The translations under genes and the position numbers were made by a program. From the NCBI GenBank assembly GCA_043228905.1, contig JBHGNT010000011.1, forward strand, positions 15,128,001 through 15,192,000: 64,000 nt of DNA, written 5' to 3'. Below, in pieces: positions 34,130-46,590 of this stretch. Position 1 is the stretch's first letter. Each line of letters starts with the position of its first letter. Below the pieces are notes generated by a model that saw only the letters and a list, made by a program, of their open reading frames with translations, was not told the DNA's origin and searched no databases. This DNA comes from Azolla caroliniana. Its lineage: Eukaryota > Plantae > Polypodiophyta.

Positions 34130-36256
34130 CTATTGCGGAACCTACAAAGGAGGGGAGGGTTGATGTAGGAAACGTCACGGAAAATCATTTTTCAATCTAT
34201 TGCTTAAAGAACAAACAACTTTGATCAAATACTACATGGTTACATATTGTGAATCTTTTTATTTATTTAAGAAAACCATTTGTGCTTAGTGTGGATATCT
34301 ATATGCATGTCCATGTCCATGTGTGTGTGCATGTCTATAGATAAATAGATAGATACATATGCATATATAATGATCCTTTGCCTTTTCACCTTCCAATTAA
34401 ATAAAATAATTGACTAAGAATTACCTTCCTTTTTATTTATTTAAGAAAACCATTTGTGCTTAGTGTGGATATCTATATGCATGTCCATGTCCATGTGTGT
34501 GTGCATGTCTATAGATAAATAGATAGATATATATGCATATATAATGATCCTTTGCCTTTTCACCTCCCAATTAAATCAAATAATTGACTAAGAATTACCT
34601 TCCTTTGTAGAATTCCAATCCCTGAAGACAACAGATCTTGAAGCTCATTAAGTTCACGATGTACAGATACCTACAGTTTTTCATCACATGATGAAATTCC
34701 ACATTATACATGAGAACATATACCTCAATCAATCAACATGCTTTAGATTTTTTTTCATTGTACCATTTAAAACGCCATTGTTGTTTTTTATATCAAATTT
34801 ATAATGCTATAATCTATTTATACCAATAAGATCATATCATACCCAAAATGTATTCTGATATTTTAAGCCATTGTGGTTTTTTATACCAATTTAATTTATA
34901 ATGCTATTTATACCAATAAGATCATATCATGCCCAAAATGGATTTTCATAAGATCGATCCTATTGAAAAAAAACATATACACAAGAACTTAATGAATTTA
35001 ATACATACTTGTAACGTTTGAAGGCATTTGGTAGTAGAATTGGGTTCCAAGCCAGGTTTTGGTTTATTAAAATCCTCCAAGCTTGCTTTCCTTTGCACTT
35101 TGGGTTGCTTCCTCTTCTCCAAGCCTAGATTTCTTGTTGGGCATAGAGCTATTGTAATGGAGTTGTTATCTCCTTGCTTAACAATTTGTTTCATGTTAGG
35201 GGATTTCATGGAGAGAGTCTTGCACTTTCTGGATCCATTGAAATCATATGTTGGACGCTTTGTGTCGCATGTCTTATTTGTCACACACGACAATGTTGGC
35301 ATCATTTTATTCAAACATGTACTCAATTTTTCCACTTGCTTTTGCATTTCCTCCACTTTAGTCAGTGCCCCTTTTTCTTCATCAGAATTTTGGTCAAATC
35401 GGTCCGACCAAACTGTACTACTGTTTGGATCCATTTTAACAGAACTTTTTGCACCGTTGAAGTTATCTAATGTCCTGATGCCATTGCCTTCACCTTTATT
35501 ATCATGATCTTTGAGTGGTTTGCTTGATGATCCATACTCGAGCTCTTTTATCCTATGTGACAATGTTTTAGCCTTCCAAGCTTCCATAGCCCATCTCCAT
35601 TTCCAAGCCACCCAATTCTTCATAGTTCTGTTTCTCCTTGCAGAGTCTGGGTCATAATCATCCGTTGTCGTATCTTCAAATTCACTAGCATGTGAAGGAG
35701 CTTGATTGTTTGTATGTTGTCCTTTGATAGTGATTGTAGAGAAAAGGTCATCATTAATCTGTAGGACATATCCAAGCTTAGCTCTCTCAGTTTTTTTGTC
35801 GAAACCACATAATTACATTATTTGTATGTAATTAAATATCTCTTATAGAGGCGGCTCTGTTAGTCTATGGTTGAGACTTTGTTTGCTACTTGGTGGAAGC
35901 CTATCCAGGATAGACACTGAACCTTCATTAATCCTCCTGAATCCCATCATTCAGGTTCCCCTATATTTGTGCACAGACGAACAAAGGACTGGCATGCCAT
36001 ATACCTGGCGAAGGTTTTGTGATGGCCACTAACTATTTCTTTCACACATACATGTTTATGTAGTGATAATGTAGGCATGAACATCAGTATATGTTGTTTC
36101 AATGTAATTATGTTATGTATGTATGTAAGTGTATGTATCTGTATAAACGATGAAGTTTGATCTTCAAGAGTTTTACCTTTTTCTTCATCAAGATGTATTG
36201 CTCTGCTGCTTCTATAACAAGGTCAGATCGTGCTTCTCCTCTGCTTCAGGATCCAT
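34130..36256 (-). CDS. Tentative multi-exon hypothetical protein with coiled-coil character; exons about 36256-36177, 35758-35009, 34670-34599 and 34141-34130; start uncertain
   Basis: A 250-codon exon is bounded by CCTACAG| and |GTATGT. It is followed by a phase-0 exon VSVHRELNELQDLLSSGIGILQRK and a terminal VPQ*. The first exon is out of frame with its upstream ATG. Confidence 0.5.
34257..34606. repeat. Tandem duplication, 2 x about 175 bp
   Basis: AAGAAAACCATTTGTGCTTAG at 34269 and 34443; the two copies are nearly identical. Confidence 0.9.
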
Positions 36257-36705
36257 GTGAAACCACCAAACACTAAAGAAGAAGAAGAAGAAGAAGATGG
36301 GGGTGATAAAGAAACCTGTTTGCCGATGATTCATCTATCTGCACCATAACCAAAAATCAGAACCCCCAAAGAAGATACAAACATAAAGCACAAAAACAAC
36401 AACAGAAAATGAAGGATCAAAACAACTGATGTGCGTTGGCAATCGATCTTTTCACCTTTGAAAATCTTCATCGACAGAAATCATTCCAAAAGAAGCAAGC
36501 AAAGAACAGGATATATATCTGGTTTTCCCCACCCAAAAAAAGATGGGTTTGATTCATTATTATCTATCTGCCTCTGTGTGTGACATGTGAGTGTGTGTGT
36601 GTGTTTTGTTCTGTTTGATTCGTCTCCTTCATCCGAGCATTTCACTGGCTTTTTCTTCTCAACCAGAATAACGATTTTTCCATTGACAAAAATCCTCCAT
36701 ATAAT

Positions 36706-36812
36706 AAAAAACAAAAACAAAAACAAAAACAAAAACAAAAGCAAAAGCAAAAGCAAAAGCAAAAGCAAAAGCAAAAGCAAAAGCAAAAGCAAAAGCAAAA
36801 GCAAAAGCAAAA
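36706..36812. repeat. Compound hexamer microsatellite (AAAAAC)n(AAAAGC)n
   Basis: Read directly from the sequence. Confidence 0.9.
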
Positions 36813-37787
36813 TTCTAGCATTTCCTTCTCATCTTTCTGTCAATCTTTGGAAGTAATCCATGGATTGGATGCATCATGTCCACACTCTCTCCATACAAAT
36901 TTCCCAACTCACTAAGGAAGAGATGTTCTTCATCGATGAAGGGTTGCGAAAATATGACATTTGTTATGGTACTCGATCAAGCCTTCCCTTCTTGACTTGC
37001 GCCGATGCATTTGTGGGTGCACTCTTGATGCACACGTGTGTGTGTGTGTGTGTGAAATCCCTTCAATGATTATTGTGGCCTAATTTGAAGACCTTTGTGT
37101 GCAAGGTTATGTAGATGCATATGGTATTTGATTTTATAATGCACTTATGGGCGCACTCACGATGTGTGGGTGAATGAATGAATCCCTTCAATGAGTATTG
37201 TGGCCTAGTAGTTTGAAAGACCATGTGTGTAGGGTTATGTAGATGCACATGGTAATTTGATTTTAAAATGAGGGCCCCTTATAATAATGATAATGGAACG
37301 TGTGCAAGATTGGAGTTATGTGCACTCATCTTTCCCATGTATGGGCGGTTTATTTGTTTGTTAAGTGTACGTGCGTGTTGGGATAAATAGGAGTGTATAT
37401 GCGTAATCGTATGTGGTTTTCAAAGTGCATGTGTGAATATGTAGGGTTTTTTTTATTGTATTTTGTGTGTATGTTGGTATGCGCTTGAGCGTATATGTGT
37501 GTATAGTATGTTGGTATACGCTTGAGCGTATATGTGTGTATAGTTGAGAGTCTGAGACTATGTGTATAAGTGTGGTTACATTTAAAAGGTGTTTATGTGT
37601 ATGCAAGCCCATGTGGATAATGTTGGAAAAGAATATTAGTACATGCACTTATCGACAAAGCAACATGTAGTGTAAGGTTGTGAGGTTTATTGTAAGCCGA
37701 TTGTGAAGTATGTGAAGTCTAGAAAATTTTGTTTATCACAAACATAGAAAAAAGCCACCCTTCTTTTAGTTGATCTCATGTAGATCA

Positions 37788-38008
37788 CATTAATCATTGG
37801 GATGTTTATTCATTGTCTTGCTATATGTTTGCTAACCTTTGTTCTACACATCAACCTCATTATTCCCCTTGTCTCTCTTACATTCCTCTTGTCTCTCGCA
37901 TTAATCATTGGGATGTTTATTCATTGTCTTGCTATATGTTTGCTAACCTTTGTTCTACCCATCAACCTCATTATTCCCCTTGTCTCTCTTACATTCCTCT
38001 TGTCTCTC
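37788..38008. repeat. Tandem duplication, 2 x 111 bp
   Basis: CATTAATCATTGGGATGTTTATTC at 37788 and 37899. Confidence 0.9.
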
Positions 38009-38714
38009 ACCATAAGCCCATGGGTTGTGTTAGGCTCTTACCTCTTCCTACTATGATCATTTAATCTTGGTCCTTAGTTTTTGTGTATTCCAATCCACTC
38101 GTCCTCACTCGCTCCTCTACTCATCTTCCTCTTTTTTTATTAATCTCCCTCTAACCAACTTATCCTCTCGTTCGAATTTCCCACCCTTCCATCGGTCCAC
38201 ATCCTCCCATTCAATTGTTCGACATTTGTGATACTTCTGATAAGGTGAAGTGACGATGGAAAAGTGAGGATTGACCACACACAACGCAATGGTCTTGGTA
38301 TTAGTGGAAGGCACAAACATGAATGCGAGGAAGATGATTTAAGTCGTCATCGAAGCATCGTGAAAAAAAAGGATTTCGGAGACAACATAAGGCGAGGAAG
38401 GAAGATCGAAAGGATAGGGGGATCATAAAGATGCCAAGGCATGTAGGAATACAATGTGCTCTTTTGTAGCTTAGCATAATGGGATGCCCATTTAGTTCAT
38501 AATTATAAGAGCATGTTGTTGTGCAACAATTTGTGCCCCTTGAAAGAAAGAAGACTTATTACCACTTGAATGTATATGCATGCAAGTTCAAATCCTCTCA
38601 ATTTTGGTAAGGGCTTGAAATGATATAGAAATGCCCAAAACCTTACTAAAACGTGATCAGTCTTTACCATAAGATCAAGCATGAAGAATCAATCTCATCG
38701 CATGTATCACTCAC

Positions 38715-38915
38715 TGTAAGAAGCTGGCATGGGCAAAACAATCCATGGATATAATTGGAGCTTTCATTCCATGGCATTCATCGTGTAAGAAGCTGGCATG
38801 GGCAAAACAATCCATGGATATAATTGGAGATTTCATTCCATGGCATTCATTGTGTAAGAAGCTGGCATGGGCAAAACAATCCATATAATTGGAGCCTTCA
38901 TTCCATGGCATTCAT
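38715..38915. repeat. Minisatellite, 3 x about 69 bp
   Basis: TGTAAGAAGCTGGCATGGGCAAAACAATCCAT occurs three times. Confidence 0.9.
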
Positions 38916-39483
38916 TTTGCAGGCCAAACCTCCTACTAAACTAAACAGGGGATTGCAAGATTTGAATGAAGATAGGAATCCTTCACATTAAAATGTTGGC
39001 ATTACATGCAAGTTCAAAGCTAACCCAACTAAAACTAGTTAGGGAAGAAACAAGCCTACATGAGCTGAACTAAAACTAGTTTGATGATGAAACAAAAGAC
39101 CAAAAAAATGGACTACATACAAATTTTTGCACCACCGTGAATACTTGCTTTTACCATACTGACTCATGAAATCAGAGAATGAAGAATTCACAAAGTTTTA
39201 ACCACCATCTCTACTTGTTCATGCTCAAATCATAACATTACAAATGAAACTTCTCACATCTGTGTATGAAATAAAAGATTTCCACGCTCACATTGTCCTA
39301 TAATCTGCGCTTTCGAATGCTGCTATATGCTGCATGTGAAAGAAGGAAACGACATCAAGCCATTCCCTGAATGGTTTGATATCTGTTGATAGCAATCCTC
39401 GATTGCTTTTTCGGCATTCTCGCAAACCTAGAGAAACAAATCTTGAAATAAAAGTAGGCAAAACCCTAAGTACAACTGTTTTT

Positions 39484-41190
39484 TCACTTGCCATCCGACG
39501 AACTTTCACCGATGAGCATCAAAGACTGCTTTAATTTCATGATTTCAGTGGAAAGCTTACGCCGAGCTCCGACTGCGCTTACGCCCATCTCCTTAAGGTC
39601 ATCCATGGTGAGAAAAGGCAATACATCATGTGTGACTTCATGGTGCTCAAACATGGCAGTGTATTTCTCGAGACCAATGCTGTTCATCCAGTTTCTCACC
39701 TTATTGTCAACTGATTTGAGGGCACCCACTTCCCACACCGGAAGTCGGATTCGCAATTCTTGGGCGTCCACGCCGCCGGCCGTCGAGGGCGCCCGTTTCT
39801 TGTCCTCTTCAAATTTGGCTGAAACAGGAGCTGCTTGGAAAGAATCCATTCTCTTCATTGTGGTTTGCTTTTTGGGTTGCTTTCTAGCTTGCTTTTTGGG
39901 AGGGATATTCTGCAGGCCCTTAGGAGAGCCACTGTCGAGGCTGGATGCAATGGGGTGGGTATTGAAAATGGGTGGGGGCAGTGGCTGTTGGATTTTCACT
40001 TGTTTATCGGTGTCCGAGAGACCATAAACGCATCCATCGGCAGCTTCTAAGAAGCCATCTGCAACCCCAGTCATGGCCTTATGCATCCAACCATTACCAT
40101 TACCATTATCAATCCCATTACCATTACCAATCCTATTACCATTACCATTACCATTATCAATCCCATTCCCTTCATGATGAGGATGTGGATGATGATGATG
40201 GCCAAGACTATGTGGGTGACCACCACCGTTCCCCTCAGAATGATGAAATGGGCGATCGGCATGACCTTCAGAATGATATGGCCGAATGTTAACTTCATAC
40301 AGGCGAGCACTATGGGCTTCGGAATGATGTGAGCGACTGTTATTTTCACGTGGGCGATTGTAGATACCTTCTGAGAGGTATGGGCGACGAGGGTTAGATC
40401 CGTGTGGCCCAGCTTTCAAACGATGTGGGCGAATATCGCCCTTCCTTGGGGAAGGATTAGATTCATTTCGAAAACTGTTTCCTTCATGTGGGCGATGAGT
40501 ATTCCCTTCGAATTTGGCGGTTTCTTCATGTGGCCCATGAATTCTCCCTTCAGAATGAGCGGTTTCTTCATGTGGGCGATGGCCTTTCCCTTCAAAACGA
40601 GTGGTTTCTGCATGTGGACTACGGGTTCTGCCTTCAGAGCGAAGGGTTTTCTCTTCGAATCCTGTGTTTTCTGTATGTGGGCGATAGTTTTTCCCGTCTG
40701 AATAGTCACTTCCTTGAGGTTTCATGGAGAGCTTGGACGTAATCACCTTTGTGCTACCATAGCCACGTTTAGCTGGGCGCCCAGCCCTCTTCATAGCAGA
40801 GGAATTCGAAACACCGAGAGTAGAAACATTACCATATCTATCATTATTGCCAAATTTGGAAGAGATCTTGGGGCGTTTAATGGCGGGCTTACCTGAAGAC
40901 GACAACTTTCCTGCTGAGGCTTTAATTCCTTTCCTGTCTAGGAAATAGTCCACAACAGTGGCGAGGCTGTCTGATCCAATCTCGTTAAGGCGAACGTTGG
41001 GTCGCCTCTGCCGTTTGGAGTAATTCTTACTGATTGTTGCAGAAATCAATGACTCAATTGATGGCGAAATTGTGGCTAAAGTTGGGGGAGATGGATTCGG
41101 CGGAAGAGATTCTTCTCCATCTTCTTGATGAGGATGATAATGTTGCGATTCAATTGTTTCCCCCTCCATTTCTGCTTGAGAGAGAGACAT
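39484..41190 (-). CDS. Sterile alpha motif (SAM) domain protein, about 568 aa, single coding exon
   Basis: C-terminal SAM domain VRNWMNSIGLEKYTAMFEHHEVTHDVLPFLTMDDLKEMGVSAVGARRKL and the N-terminal SKRQRRPNVRL motif of plant SAM proteins. Start is ATG 41190 or 41169. Confidence 0.88.
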   Translation of the reverse strand: MSLSQAEMEGETIESQHYHPHQEDGEESLPPNPSPPTLATISPSIESLISATISKNYSKRQRRPNVRLNEIGSDSLATVVDYFLDRKGIKASAGKLSSSGKPAIKRPKISSKFGNNDRYGNVSTLGVSNSSAMKRAGRPAKRGYGSTKVITSKLSMKPQGSDYSDGKNYRPHTENTGFEEKTLRSEGRTRSPHAETTRFEGKGHRPHEETAHSEGRIHGPHEETAKFEGNTHRPHEGNSFRNESNPSPRKGDIRPHRLKAGPHGSNPRRPYLSEGIYNRPRENNSRSHHSEAHSARLYEVNIRPYHSEGHADRPFHHSEGNGGGHPHSLGHHHHPHPHHEGNGIDNGNGNGNRIGNGNGIDNGNGNGWMHKAMTGVADGFLEAADGCVYGLSDTDKQVKIQQPLPPPIFNTHPIASSLDSGSPKGLQNIPPKKQARKQPKKQTTMKRMDSFQAAPVSAKFEEDKKRAPSTAGGVDAQELRIRLPVWEVGALKSVDNKVRNWMNSIGLEKYTAMFEHHEVTHDVLPFLTMDDLKEMGVSAVGARRKLSTEIMKLKQSLMLIGESSSDGK

Positions 41191-41607
41191 ACACACACAG
41201 AGAGACAGACAGACAGGGTTAGAAGAAGAAGAAGAAGAAGAAGAAGAAGAAGAAATAGTTGCAAAGTGAATGAATGAAAGCAGAAAGCTTGGCTCTAGGA
41301 AAGAAGAAGAGATTTGAGCACAATGAAGAAGAAAGAAAGAAAGGAAGAAAGAAAGAAAGAAGAAAGAAGAGATTTTGAGCACCAAATTGTTGGATTATAT
41401 GCAGTTATGTGCTGAAGAAGATGGAGGAGGAATTGTATGGAAAAAATCATTGGAAAAACAAACTAAGAAGAGAATTGAATGTTGTTGTTATGTTTTAGTG
41501 TTAATCTCTACTAAAAATCCTTGATGCTTTATTAATTAATTATGTAATGTTGTGAGGTGGGGGGAGAAGAAGGAGCATTCATTCATCCATCCATCCATCC
41601 ATCCATC

Positions 41608-41642
<35 letters not shown>

Positions 41643-44600
41643 TGTGAACTCAAGAAACACTCTTTTTTTAGCTCAGATGGAGAGGAGATGCTTTAAAAAC
41701 ACCTACCCCTTTCCTTCACCATATTAGGGTTGGGATTGGGATCTTCTCTTCTCTTTGTTTCTTTGTTCCTTTCTTCTATGGTCCCTAGAAGGTTGGTACG
41801 AATGTCTCCCCTCAAACTCTTCGACCTCATGTCCCGTGGTCACGAACTCACTATCTCGACCCCTTCTTCTATATACCTCATATGCCCCGCCTTCTGTCTT
41901 CATTGTCTCGGAACCCGTCGATCGCATTCATCCTTAGCTCGGTAGCTAGCGAACTGCTCACTTCACCCAAAACCCTTCGATCTTGATGTCTCGACAAGCA
42001 CATTACCTCAAAGCCTTCCTTCCATCTCAATGTCTGAGTCGTTCATTATCCCTCGAACTCTCTTCGATCTCTTGTATTTGTTGTTTACTATCTCTTGAGT
42101 CTGTGTATGCCCAAGACTCTTGTGACTCTCACGTGGTGTCGCTCATATCATCCACCTCATTGTGTTTCTTTTGAGTGTGTGTACATATGCCCAAGACTCT
42201 TGTGACTCTCAAGTGGTGTCGCTCATATCGTCACCCCTTACAGTGTTTGAGTAGGCCAAAACCCAAGTTTAGTGTAATTTGCACTTGCACAATTTGAAAA
42301 TCGCCCTTTGAACTTTAAATTTGAAGGTATAAAAAGTTCCACAACATTTAAGATACTCAAGCAAGAAACCCATTCAAATTATAAATTTATTCTCTTGAAC
42401 AATTTTCCAAATTATAAATGAAAGGTTTGAAACTTTTAAAAAATCATTGCATACATTCACTTGAAAGCTCTGTGAAGAACCTCACAATTCATTTGCCTAA
42501 TCATACTCATAATAAAGTTGGTAAGTTTTATAGAATTGGTGCAAGCACATAATTGTCCAATGTTGCTACTTGTTGAAGAATCAACGGGCGTAGCACGCAT
42601 ATTGATCCAATTTCAATTTATGTAAATCATTTTCAAGGAAGTATAACTATCGTAGATTTATTTAGAATTTAGGGTCAATAACATAGTGAAAAGATTCAAA
42701 ACGAAGGTCAGAAGCATAAAAAATGAGAAAGAAAAGGGTTTTGTAATAAAAATTGATTGCGTGTTGTGTTGCCATGTAGGTAAGATGTGTTCTCCATGAC
42801 TTGAGTCACAGAGGGAATTATGGTAACAAAAGGAAGTTGCAACATGCCAAAGCAACTTTTCGAAGAATATTCTTTGATGTGCTTGATGGATAGATATGTT
42901 TTTAACGTCCAAAAGATACCGATTGCAATCTATGAGACGGGGGGCTACCCCATCGTAAGGATCAAACCTAGGTTTTGTCAATTTGAGGATGTTGATGCCT
43001 AGAGAGACAAAAATGCCTAGATTGTGAATAAAGAGAATAGATTGCAATTTAGATTGTGCTTGGCTTGAGATGGTAAGAAGAGACTCCTCACTCGAGCATC
43101 ACTTCTTTCTGATTCTACTTCTTATGGAGTATCTTGTAAATATGTATAAAATATGATAGTTTTAGAACTTCTGCTCATATACATGTTATATATATCCCTC
43201 AAACAACTCATCTATTGAAATCCATCATAGTTGTTATTTTTTGGGGCTTACTTATGCAAGATGAAATGCCCAAAAATCCCAACCAGCTCATTTCCCTTGA
43301 TATTCATGTACATAGATACATATCTATAATATGTATAAACTTTACTTGAAATTTCCACAACGGAAGCTAATTGGTAATCATCTCTTATCTCCAAATATAC
43401 TTTTTGAATACACTTTTTGAACACAGTAATAAGCAAAAGGGATATTACCACGTTGGTCGACTACGATGTAATTGAGACATGAAAGCAATTCCTTTGATCT
43501 ACACAAGTGAAAGTCCACCTCCATTTGTTGACAACCAATAATATGCCTATAAATTGAACTTGGACTACAAGAATGTAAACCCAAATTTGCCATAGGTGTT
43601 TTGGCAAAAAAACTAAACATTAAGGTGTAATGTTTTTGGCCACATTGAATAAAGGATTGAGGGCATCCATGCTCACCTTCTAAACCAAACTTGGCTCGTC
43701 TTCACATGCTTTCGAATAAGCGAACTCCACTTCATGTGTATCCTATAGCATCCCTAGTGGTAGAGGTGGAATGCTTAGTTCACAAGAGTCTTTCTTGAAA
43801 TTCAAACACATTCTAAAATGACCATTTTATCAAATTCGATTACTCTATATTTGATTTTTTTTGCATCGAAATTCCAAAACTACCATTTGTCATAGCCATG
43901 TTTTTCAATAGAGCAATCACAAACATTTTTAAATCGTTGCGAGGAAGTATATATCACAGATTCTTTAATCACGAAGGTGTTGAGTCCTCAAAAGCAAAAT
44001 TTACTGCCTTTAACCTGGATTGGTTTTCTAAAATGTTACCCTACTTGTTAGATAGGTACATTCCTTTCACCATTAAGTGTGTGATCTAACTTCAATTCAC
44101 AATCTACCCTATAGGTGTTGGTCAACAAGAGCATCCACATTCCTCTAGCTCTCCCATACAAATAATCCTCAAAAGCACACATATAATACAGTGAACTGGG
44201 AGAACATGATTTCATTAACTGAATGTAACATAATCTATCTTTGCCATTGTACAAAAAGATCTGATGATTTGTGTTGCCTATTTGATTGGTGTACATCATT
44301 GCTTATATCACCAACTACACATCACTAACATTAGTATAAGAAAAATAGAGGCATTACTACCCATATCACTATCGGTATGAGAAAATCGACCTAAACAGGG
44401 AATATATATCTATGCAGAAAGCCATGATGTAACAAATATTGTGTCCTCATACCAGTTCCATAACTCTCCATATCACTAATATCAATATAATAAAGCCCTC
44501 ATATCAATTACATACTATGAACATCACTATATAGCCATACCATATCTAACATTAACCCCACTAAAAAGAAAAACAATACCGATTCAGTGATATATATCAA

Positions 44601-44964
44601 TGCAAATTTCATGAAGCTACCGAAAATAAAGTTCTCGTATCACTTACATCACAACCCATATCGCTAACATTAGCAAATGCATTTCCCCTATTATTATAAT
44701 GAGGCCCATGATCACCAAACATCGTAATTGGAATCAGACTCTCGTTTGTTTCTCTTGGGCAGTTGATGTCATTCTGAATGCTTGATCTGACATTTGCATG
44801 ATATCACATTTTCTCAAGTATTTTTGGGAGTCAGAAAAATTTCATTATAAGAGACATACATCAGAAAGTCCTGATATCTATCTACGTTCGATATTCAAGA
44901 CAATCTAATCAATCATCGGAGATTCCAGAAGACAGTTTCTATTGTTTTGGAATAGGACTTTAAT

Positions 44965-46590
44965 TTAGAGGTCTGCTTCAGGTACAATTACAGGTCCATA
45001 TTCATCGTTGTCATTCTCACTCTTTTCTAGATCAAAAGTCCAGCCGAGAAACTTTTCCAATATGCTTTTCAGACGTCTTGTGTGATTCAGAAGGTCTCCA
45101 TCTACAGGGCGAGCCTCCATTACGAGTCTATAAAATTCTTTGAAATTAATTCTAAGAAAGTTATCATCAGAAAACCATGTAGCATCTAAGATTGCCATCT
45201 CAGCATTGGCATCCGTCCCAGGTTTCAGACCTACCATAAGCTGAAAGCACACAATGTCGAGAAAGCTCACAAATAATCGTGTCCGGCTCGAGAGTGGAGC
45301 CTCATCACAACTAAACATTAAGCATACTATGGATTTCCATTGGCTAAATGATTCCAGAGATTGCCCCATCAAAAAGGCGATGAAGGAAAACTCAAGCTCT
45401 CCAAGTAAGAGGTCTTCTGATCCTTTGTACTGATTGATCAGCAATCTCTCTAGTTCCAAACTCTTATCAATGTTCAGCATGGTGAGCTGAGAACCACTGA
45501 GGCCTGTTCGTTTAACAAGGTGAGGGAACTTCGTATAGAAGCACCTTCCAGAGGGTTTTTTAGCAAGATCAGAATACATTTTCCCACATTTTATGTGTTT
45601 CTCACCTACGTTTCTGACATTATCAACATCCATTGTTTCATTAACAAGATCAGTACGTACTTTTTGTGTTACCACATATTGCTCATCCATTTTCCGTTCT
45701 ATAATAGGCATGTTTTTACCACTATCGACATCCATGGTTTCTTTATCGAGATCAACATCCATGGTTTCTTTATCGAGATCAACATCCATGGTTTCTTTAA
45801 CAAGATCAACGTCCATTTCTCCAGCTATTCTATGCATGTTTTCGCTATTATCAACATCTGTGGCAATTTGTCCGGCTGTGATTCCATCCTTTTGTTGCTC
45901 TTCACCTATGTTTAGATCTTGTACACACACCCCATTCAAATTGCGTTTCTTCACACTTTCCCTGGTTTTAAACAATTCTCGGCTATTTTGGAGATGTTGT
46001 TGCAACTGTTTCTCAGCTCGGGTTTGAGCTTGTGCATCTGAGAACTCGGCCTCATGAATCACAGATATATCAGCGTCAACAGGCTCAAATTTTCCAATAA
46101 CTTCTGCATCAATATGACCTGATATCCGTTTCCAAGACTTGTAATGATGAACATCATAAGCACCCAGAAACTGATCAAATTCAAGCTTTTTCACACTGAC
46201 CCTATACCTTTCTTCTTCGTCTTCATCGCATAGTTTCACGAGCATTTCCAACTGCGGGTCCCATCGTCGTACAATGATGTCGGCAGGATTGGGATGAATG
46301 AAAAAACCTGTGAAAAATGATTGTGATGTATTCTCGTGTTGATTTGTGGTGCTATAGTAGATGAAGTGCGGTCCGGGGGGTATCATTTTGATGCCTTTGA
46401 AGAGGGGTCCAACCGATAAGGTCTGGAGATCGAATCCCAGAAGAGTTCCCGGGGGCATGTCGAGGATCAATAGAGATGCCCCTTGCTTCACTAGCTCTAG
46501 GGCTTCTGTAGGGTTCAATTTCACAGAGTAAGGCGGCATACCTTGCTCTTTCCCTGGCGATGGTGATGGTGATGGTGATGCAGAAGCCAT
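44965..46590 (-). CDS. AAR2: AAR2 homolog (U5 snRNP assembly factor), about 541 aa, single coding exon
   Basis: Motifs VGPLFKGIKMIPPGPHFIYYS, EFDQFLGAYD, LLLGELEFSFIAFLMGQSLESFSQWK, DDNFL and terminal DEYGPVIV. Confidence 0.93.
   Translation of the reverse strand: MASASPSPSPSPGKEQGMPPYSVKLNPTEALELVKQGASLLILDMPPGTLLGFDLQTLSVGPLFKGIKMIPPGPHFIYYSTTNQHENTSQSFFTGFFIHPNPADIIVRRWDPQLEMLVKLCDEDEEERYRVSVKKLEFDQFLGAYDVHHYKSWKRISGHIDAEVIGKFEPVDADISVIHEAEFSDAQAQTRAEKQLQQHLQNSRELFKTRESVKKRNLNGVCVQDLNIGEEQQKDGITAGQIATDVDNSENMHRIAGEMDVDLVKETMDVDLDKETMDVDLDKETMDVDSGKNMPIIERKMDEQYVVTQKVRTDLVNETMDVDNVRNVGEKHIKCGKMYSDLAKKPSGRCFYTKFPHLVKRTGLSGSQLTMLNIDKSLELERLLINQYKGSEDLLLGELEFSFIAFLMGQSLESFSQWKSIVCLMFSCDEAPLSSRTRLFVSFLDIVCFQLMVGLKPGTDANAEMAILDATWFSDDNFLRINFKEFYRLVMEARPVDGDLLNHTRRLKSILEKFLGWTFDLEKSENDNDEYGPVIVPEADL

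Noticed and set aside
36481-36856. Poly-Leu and (KS)n ORFs
   Set aside because: These are translations of a hexamer microsatellite.
38715-38915. CRISPR-like regularly spaced repeats (also 785-1335 and 19939-20388)
   Set aside because: Whole units repeat with no unique spacers, there are no cas genes, and the context is eukaryotic.
41191-41385. Hydrophobic N-terminal extension of the SAM ORF resembling a signal peptide
   Set aside because: It starts at GTG and consists of CTT/CTTT microsatellite typical of a 5' UTR.
42520-44300. Possible hAT-like transposase remnant
   Set aside because: Only vague motif resemblance, with no TIR or TSD identified.
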